A program made the position numbers and the translations under genes. The notes beneath the pieces are model-generated. The model saw nothing but the letters and a program-made list of their open reading frames with translations. It ran no database searches and was not told the DNA's origin. Source: an uncultured Candidatus Saccharibacteria bacterium (GTDB lineage Bacteria; Patescibacteriota; WWE3; 2-01-FULL-39-13). From it: DNA of 64,000 nt. The DNA lies in contig OZ246395.1 in the NCBI GenBank assembly GCA_965230915.1, forward strand, positions 600,935 to 664,934, given 5' to 3'. This document shows positions 59,156 to 64,000 of the stretch, piece after piece (the stretch's first letter is position 1; every line of letters begins with the position of its first letter).

Positions 59156-60343
59156 CTATAAGCTATTGGGGTTGTATAAATTTTTATAAACCTCGATAGT
59201 TTGTTTTGCTGTGTTTTCCCAGCTATACTGCGCTTTTATCTCATTACGCATATTTTCAAGCATTTTAGGCTTAAATATTGCACTAAGTATAGCATTTTTG
59301 ATGCTTTCTACGCTGTCAGGCTCGCAATAATAAGCATAATCTTTTAAGTATTCTTTTGTGCGTTCGCCAGTTGCAACTACATTCATTCCCGAAAAGGCTG
59401 CCTCTAAAGTTACAAGACCGGTTGTTTCGAACCAACTGGTATGAACAAAAATTCCATCGTGATGCATTGCAGAAGCAACAATTTCAGGTGGCTGTATCTT
59501 AATGTATATTATTTGTTTATTTTTTGAGATCTTGTCTCTAAATCTACTCGCATATTCATAGCTGTTTTTTGTCATAGCTCCAATAAATACTAAATAAAAA
59601 TCATTTAGATGACCTGATTTTTGTAATTCTTCAAATGCCTGAATTAAAGCTAATTGATTTTTACGTGGCTCGATTCGCCCAACAGCCAAAATTATTTTTT
59701 TATCAGAAATATCTATATCGAAATTTTCACTTATTAATTGGTTGAATTTTTGGGTATCTGTGTCTTCGAAAACTTTTAAATCAACACCATTAACAATTTT
59801 TTTATATTTAAACTCTGAAAAATTAAAATCGGTTTTAATATCTTCAGCCTCTTTTTCTGTTTGCACAAGAACAATATCAGACATTTTTAAAACTTCGCGC
59901 TGCTGATTTCTAAATCCACTAATTAGTTGGCTAAAAGTTGGAATAAATTTTTTAGGATAGTACATGCTTCGATAGAAGTTCTTTCCTACATCACGTAAAA
60001 CCTGCGACCTGAATATAAAATTATAAAGTTTTCGAATATCATAGGCAGCGTTTTCCTCATACTTTATAACTTCTTTTTCTGAATGGTGAATTGCAGATAA
60101 AACTACTTTTTTGCCATGTCCTTTCGCCCATTTCGCCTGTGAATATGTTTCAGGAATCCAATCAAGATTAAATAAATGAACAATATCGTAATTATTGATA
60201 TCTTCCGGCTTAATTTTTGTTTTAATATCTATTTGAATTGTTGAGTCGGCTTTTTCAATAGCAGATTTAGTATTTTCCATCTGTGCGGTATCTCCACCTC
60301 TTGGATTGTATAAGTCAATGCGTGACTGAAAGAGTACTTTCAT
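59156..60343 (-). CDS. GT4 glycosyltransferase
   Basis: GGDTAQ, VGRIEPRKNQ, SWFETTGLVTLEA. Confidence 0.88.
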   Translation of the reverse strand: MKVLFQSRIDLYNPRGGDTAQMENTKSAIEKADSTIQIDIKTKIKPEDINNYDIVHLFNLDWIPETYSQAKWAKGHGKKVVLSAIHHSEKEVIKYEENAAYDIRKLYNFIFRSQVLRDVGKNFYRSMYYPKKFIPTFSQLISGFRNQQREVLKMSDIVLVQTEKEAEDIKTDFNFSEFKYKKIVNGVDLKVFEDTDTQKFNQLISENFDIDISDKKIILAVGRIEPRKNQLALIQAFEELQKSGHLNDFYLVFIGAMTKNSYEYASRFRDKISKNKQIIYIKIQPPEIVASAMHHDGIFVHTSWFETTGLVTLEAAFSGMNVVATGERTKEYLKDYAYYCEPDSVESIKNAILSAIFKPKMLENMRNEIKAQYSWENTAKQTIEVYKNLYNPNSL

Positions 60344-61446
60344 TATGAGTTGTATAAATTAGTATACGCCTCCCAGAACTTTTCTATCGAGAACTTTTTT
60401 CCCTGATCTTTTTCTGCTTCTACATTAATATCTGAAAAATTTATTATTCTATCTTTTAAACTTATTGAATCCCCAACTTTAAAATAGGCAATCGCATCTT
60501 CACCAACATCTTTTAGCACATCAATATCGGAAGCAATAACTGGAACTCCAACTGACATTGCCTCTACTAAAGCAATTCCAAAACCTTCGGCAAATGATGG
60601 AAATACAAAACAATCGAACGAACTTAATATTTTGTTTTTGTCCGATTCTTGAAAATTGCCTAAAAAATGAACCCGATCTTGTATTCCATATTCTTGAGCC
60701 TTTAGCTGAATATCATTTTGCAGTGCCCCACTTCCGGCTAAAACCAAGACATATTTATCGTCACTAATTGATTTAAAAGCTTCTAATAAAACCATATGGC
60801 CTTTTTCTTCTGTGAATCTGGCAATATTACCAATTACTATTTTATTTTCATCAATGTTTAATCTAGTACGAATTACGTTTCGACCATCTTGATCAAATTT
60901 AAACTGTTTTAAATGAATTCCATTTGGAATAACTCTAATTTTATCTTGATTAATAAACTCTGCTTTTGCACGAATTGATTTTACGGACCGAGTTAATGCA
61001 ATAACATCTGTTGCAAAAACATTTCCAACCACTGCATTTGCAAATGTATTTATAGGTAATGCAAAATATTTTTTAACCTTTGAATATCTCCATTGTGTAA
61101 ATGAAGTATGCACATGATAAATTCTCTTTTTGCATTGAGATTTCGCAAGCCATCCACCGAATGTTGCAAGTGAACCTGTAAGAAGTTCGTGTGCATGCAA
61201 AATATCTATTTTCTCATCTTCAATTATTTTTCTGATTTTGTTTGAATATGTAAAATCGGCTTCAAACTTTGGAGATAAATTATAATGTTTCTTTGCCCCA
61301 GCTTTTAAATACTCTTCAACGAGTGGACCATTTGGGCACACTACATAAAATTCAAATCTATGTGAGAGACCTTCTATTATATCTAAAATATGTTTTTCAA
61401 CTCCCCCATATTGAGATGAGTGGTAACACATTAAAACCTTTTTCAT
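60343..61446 (-). CDS. GT4 glycosyltransferase
   Basis: GGVEKH, IPNGI, RFTEEKG, PSFAEGFGIALVEAM. Confidence 0.9.
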   Translation of the reverse strand: MKKVLMCYHSSQYGGVEKHILDIIEGLSHRFEFYVVCPNGPLVEEYLKAGAKKHYNLSPKFEADFTYSNKIRKIIEDEKIDILHAHELLTGSLATFGGWLAKSQCKKRIYHVHTSFTQWRYSKVKKYFALPINTFANAVVGNVFATDVIALTRSVKSIRAKAEFINQDKIRVIPNGIHLKQFKFDQDGRNVIRTRLNIDENKIVIGNIARFTEEKGHMVLLEAFKSISDDKYVLVLAGSGALQNDIQLKAQEYGIQDRVHFLGNFQESDKNKILSSFDCFVFPSFAEGFGIALVEAMSVGVPVIASDIDVLKDVGEDAIAYFKVGDSISLKDRIINFSDINVEAEKDQGKKFSIEKFWEAYTNLYNS

Positions 61447-62696
61447 TTGCTAAGTTCTTCGGTAATTAATTTAAGCTGCCTATCGACTTTGCCACTCCAG
61501 CTGTTTTGCGCTGCCATTTTTTTACGCGCATTTTGCTTATCAATATTATCTTCTTCATACGCTCGCTTTATCATTGCTACAAATTCATCGTCGTTTTTTG
61601 CGATATATCCATCTGGATCAAAACCCTGATAAGCCGGCATATTCGTGACAATCGTCGGTAAACCAGCGGCTAGGCCTTCAAAATATTTAATCGGGAAACA
61701 TCCGCCTACCGTATATTTATTTAAATTATATGGAATAAAAAACACATCAAAATTATTAAAATATTCCGGAGTCTCAGCCCAAGGCTTCAAACCCAAAAAA
61801 TGAACATTTCCCATGCTTTTTAATTTCGTTAAATCTAAATCGGGATCAGAAACTTTTTCAGGTCCGATCATTACAAAATGAAAATCAGGCAATTCTTTGG
61901 CACATTTTTCAATTAATGGAATATTATTTTTGTAAGTATCTATAGCGCCGGTGAATCCCACGCGAGGATGTTTAATATTTTTTAAATCAGCCGGCTCTTC
62001 AAGTGTTCCACGAACAAAATCGAATTTTTCACTGACCGCAGCATTGGGCAAATAAGAAACAACCGGCTTCCATTTCATTAATTTAGTAACAAGCCCGGGA
62101 GCACTAGCAAAAACTAAATTTGCTTTTTTTGTTAGCCATTCTTCGCGATGCAAAACCCAGTCAACGCCTTGTAAACCATGTTGATTCAGTCTGATTTTTA
62201 GTTCATCATCAATATATTGAATCCATGAAATTACCGACGGATTAACTTTTTTTCGTTCAGAATATTCTGGAAATTCGGTATATTCATCGACGCAATCATA
62301 AACCATTAAATCGTGGCTAAGTTTATCTGAAAAATTTTCAAGATCAGGAAAATCAAAGTGATATATATACAGAATTCTTTTATAGACTTCCCCTTCGGCT
62401 TGAGTTTTTAAAATATTGTTTAAAACCAACGAATGATATGCTGTATTAACTATTGAAAATGGCCAAAAATTAAAAATATTCATTCCGCGATAAATCGTTA
62501 AATTATCGTTTTTCTTTTCGCCAAAAATAAATTTGTAATTTTTAAAAATATTCTTGAGTGCTTTAAACCTCAAAGGTGGATCAACGAAAATAACTTTGTG
62601 ACCTTTCTCTACTAATTGAGTTGCTACATGCCACTTGTTAGTTTTAAGTTCAAAATCAAATGGTTGGTTGGATAAAATAACAAATTGATATTTCAT
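61443..62696 (-). CDS. GT4-like glycosyltransferase (TuaH-like)
   Basis: YDCVDEY, GFTGAI, FPIKYFEGLAAGLP, NSWSG. Confidence 0.82.
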   Translation of the reverse strand: MKYQFVILSNQPFDFELKTNKWHVATQLVEKGHKVIFVDPPLRFKALKNIFKNYKFIFGEKKNDNLTIYRGMNIFNFWPFSIVNTAYHSLVLNNILKTQAEGEVYKRILYIYHFDFPDLENFSDKLSHDLMVYDCVDEYTEFPEYSERKKVNPSVISWIQYIDDELKIRLNQHGLQGVDWVLHREEWLTKKANLVFASAPGLVTKLMKWKPVVSYLPNAAVSEKFDFVRGTLEEPADLKNIKHPRVGFTGAIDTYKNNIPLIEKCAKELPDFHFVMIGPEKVSDPDLDLTKLKSMGNVHFLGLKPWAETPEYFNNFDVFFIPYNLNKYTVGGCFPIKYFEGLAAGLPTIVTNMPAYQGFDPDGYIAKNDDEFVAMIKRAYEEDNIDKQNARKKMAAQNSWSGKVDRQLKLITEELSK

Positions 62697-62697
62697 A

Positions 62698-64000
62698 TTA
62701 TTTAGCTTTGTTTAGTTTAAAAATATAATAGTAGTTAACTCCTGCAATTTTAATCGTATCATCTGGAGTCTTTAATGAGTATAAATTCTTATAATACTCA
62801 TTTCTTTCTGGCCTAAAGGCGGGCAATACAAGATAATCAGCCTGATTTCTTTCCTGTTCATTCTTAATATTTAGCACTTCGAATTCTGCAAATGGCCTTA
62901 GGTAATCAAAATCTGCGATTGCGATTTTAATAGTTTTATCTTTTCCAACTTGCTTTTCATTAAAATATTCTGCTACTTTATCATATCCGATTAACCATTT
63001 GGGCTCGATTATATATCTACCGTCTTCGACACCTCCAACTAATGGACTGTAGTATGCGAGATAATTTGGATGTAATCCATAAAACAATAACCCTCTAAAA
63101 ATTATTAACCCGATTATAAAAGCAATTAGTATTTTCCTTTTTATCATCTCAGAATAGAACCAGGCAGAGAGAATGCCCATCGAAAAAACAATCGGCAAAG
63201 AATATCTATCTAGCTTCTTAGAAACTACTGTAACCATTAATAAATAGAAAAATGCATATAGGCCGAGCGTAATATAAAACCCAATTTTTTTATCGTTGAA
63301 ATATTTTGTACGATTTTTGAATAGTAAATATATTGACCCAAGAAAGCCAATAACAAAAACAATCGAATACCTAGCAAAAAAAACAATCGGATAAAATAAT
63401 GGGCCTGGATCATCTGTTAATTGTCCAAACCAATAATGCTCATGGCCTTCTTCAATTGCAATTCCTTGAACACCTTTAAATAAGTATAAATTTATAGAGT
63501 CAATTGGAATCACCCACATTGCTGGCCAAAAAATAAAAAATGCCAAAATAGAAAAACCAAATGTTACGATAACTTTATAAATTGTCGTGAGATCTCTAAA
63601 TCTATAAAAATAGATTGCACTTATTAGTGCAAAAAATGGAATTAAGAATAGTGCCGAGCTTTTCGTAAGAAAAGCGAGGCCTGCAAATCCTCCTGCAAAT
63701 ACTGAATCAAATGTAATCAGCTTTTTATTTTCGCTCGTTATCAGACTATAAAAATATAAAACCGAAATAAACATAAACAGTGAAATCATTGCATCTGTAT
63801 GCAACGCGCGAGCTAATGCCAAATAAAATGGCTCAATCGAAACTAACAACACCGCAAATAATGCTAGCTTTATACCTACGATTTTTCTTAGTTTATGATA
63901 AGCAATTGTTATTAAAACGGAAGTTAACACAACTACTACAGTTGCTTGGATCTGATTATTTATTAAAAATTCGTGCCTCGAATCAGGTGTTGCTAAAATG
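62698..64000 (-). CDS. ArnT/PMT-like (GT83/GT39) membrane glycosyltransferase, 5'-truncated by the window edge
   Basis: Frame stays open upstream of 63930 to the window end; EPFYLALARALHTD, LAFLTKSS, KKLDRYSLP. Confidence 0.78.
   Translation of the reverse strand, partial: ILATPDSRHEFLINNQIQATVVVVLTSVLITIAYHKLRKIVGIKLALFAVLLVSIEPFYLALARALHTDAMISLFMFISVLYFYSLITSENKKLITFDSVFAGGFAGLAFLTKSSALFLIPFFALISAIYFYRFRDLTTIYKVIVTFGFSILAFFIFWPAMWVIPIDSINLYLFKGVQGIAIEEGHEHYWFGQLTDDPGPLFYPIVFFARYSIVFVIGFLGSIYLLFKNRTKYFNDKKIGFYITLGLYAFFYLLMVTVVSKKLDRYSLPIVFSMGILSAWFYSEMIKRKILIAFIIGLIIFRGLLFYGLHPNYLAYYSPLVGGVEDGRYIIEPKWLIGYDKVAEYFNEKQVGKDKTIKIAIADFDYLRPFAEFEVLNIKNEQERNQADYLVLPAFRPERNEYYKNLYSLKTPDDTIKIAGVNYYYIFKLNKAK

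Noticed and set aside
1-64000. CRISPR arrays, tRNA/rRNA genes, transposases, prophage genes, alternative genetic code
   Set aside because: None recognised by eye; intergenic spaces are short, and conserved genes are full-length with TGA used as a stop. A tRNAscan/Rfam run would be needed to exclude them formally.

Overview
AT-rich bacterial chromosomal segment in the standard genetic code. Gene content and style (type-2 IleRS, alpha2-type GlyRS, DUF4012, reduced dcw cluster, many GT-C membrane proteins) suggest Patescibacteria/CPR; this is an inference, not a database result. Layout: (1) 3' end of an HExxH metallopeptidase gene, then ileS; (2) a remodelled division/cell-wall cluster: mraZ-rsmH-ftsL-[frameshifted methyltransferase]-ftsI-[degenerate MurA-fold protein]-[ECF sigma, opposite strand]-ftsW-murG-ftsQ-ftsA-ftsZ-[unlisted 42-aa membrane ORF]-NUDIX; (3) glyQS and recO; (4) a >42-kb surface-glycosylation locus with a priming transferase, Wzx, GT2/GT4/GT11 enzymes, methyltransferases, a Fem-like GNAT, a TMTC-like protein, several GT-C proteins and tandem O-antigen-ligase/ArnT fusions. 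The most notable signal is two atypical T-box riboswitches with ultrashort Stem I. The ileS element has the actinobacterial-type aptamer but is coupled to a transcription terminator. The ~100-nt glyQS element has ultrashort Stem I, no Stem II, and an apparent RBS-sequestering platform. In both, the specifier codon and the discriminator-pairing base independently match the downstream synthetase. No rRNA, tRNA, CRISPR array or transposase was recognised.
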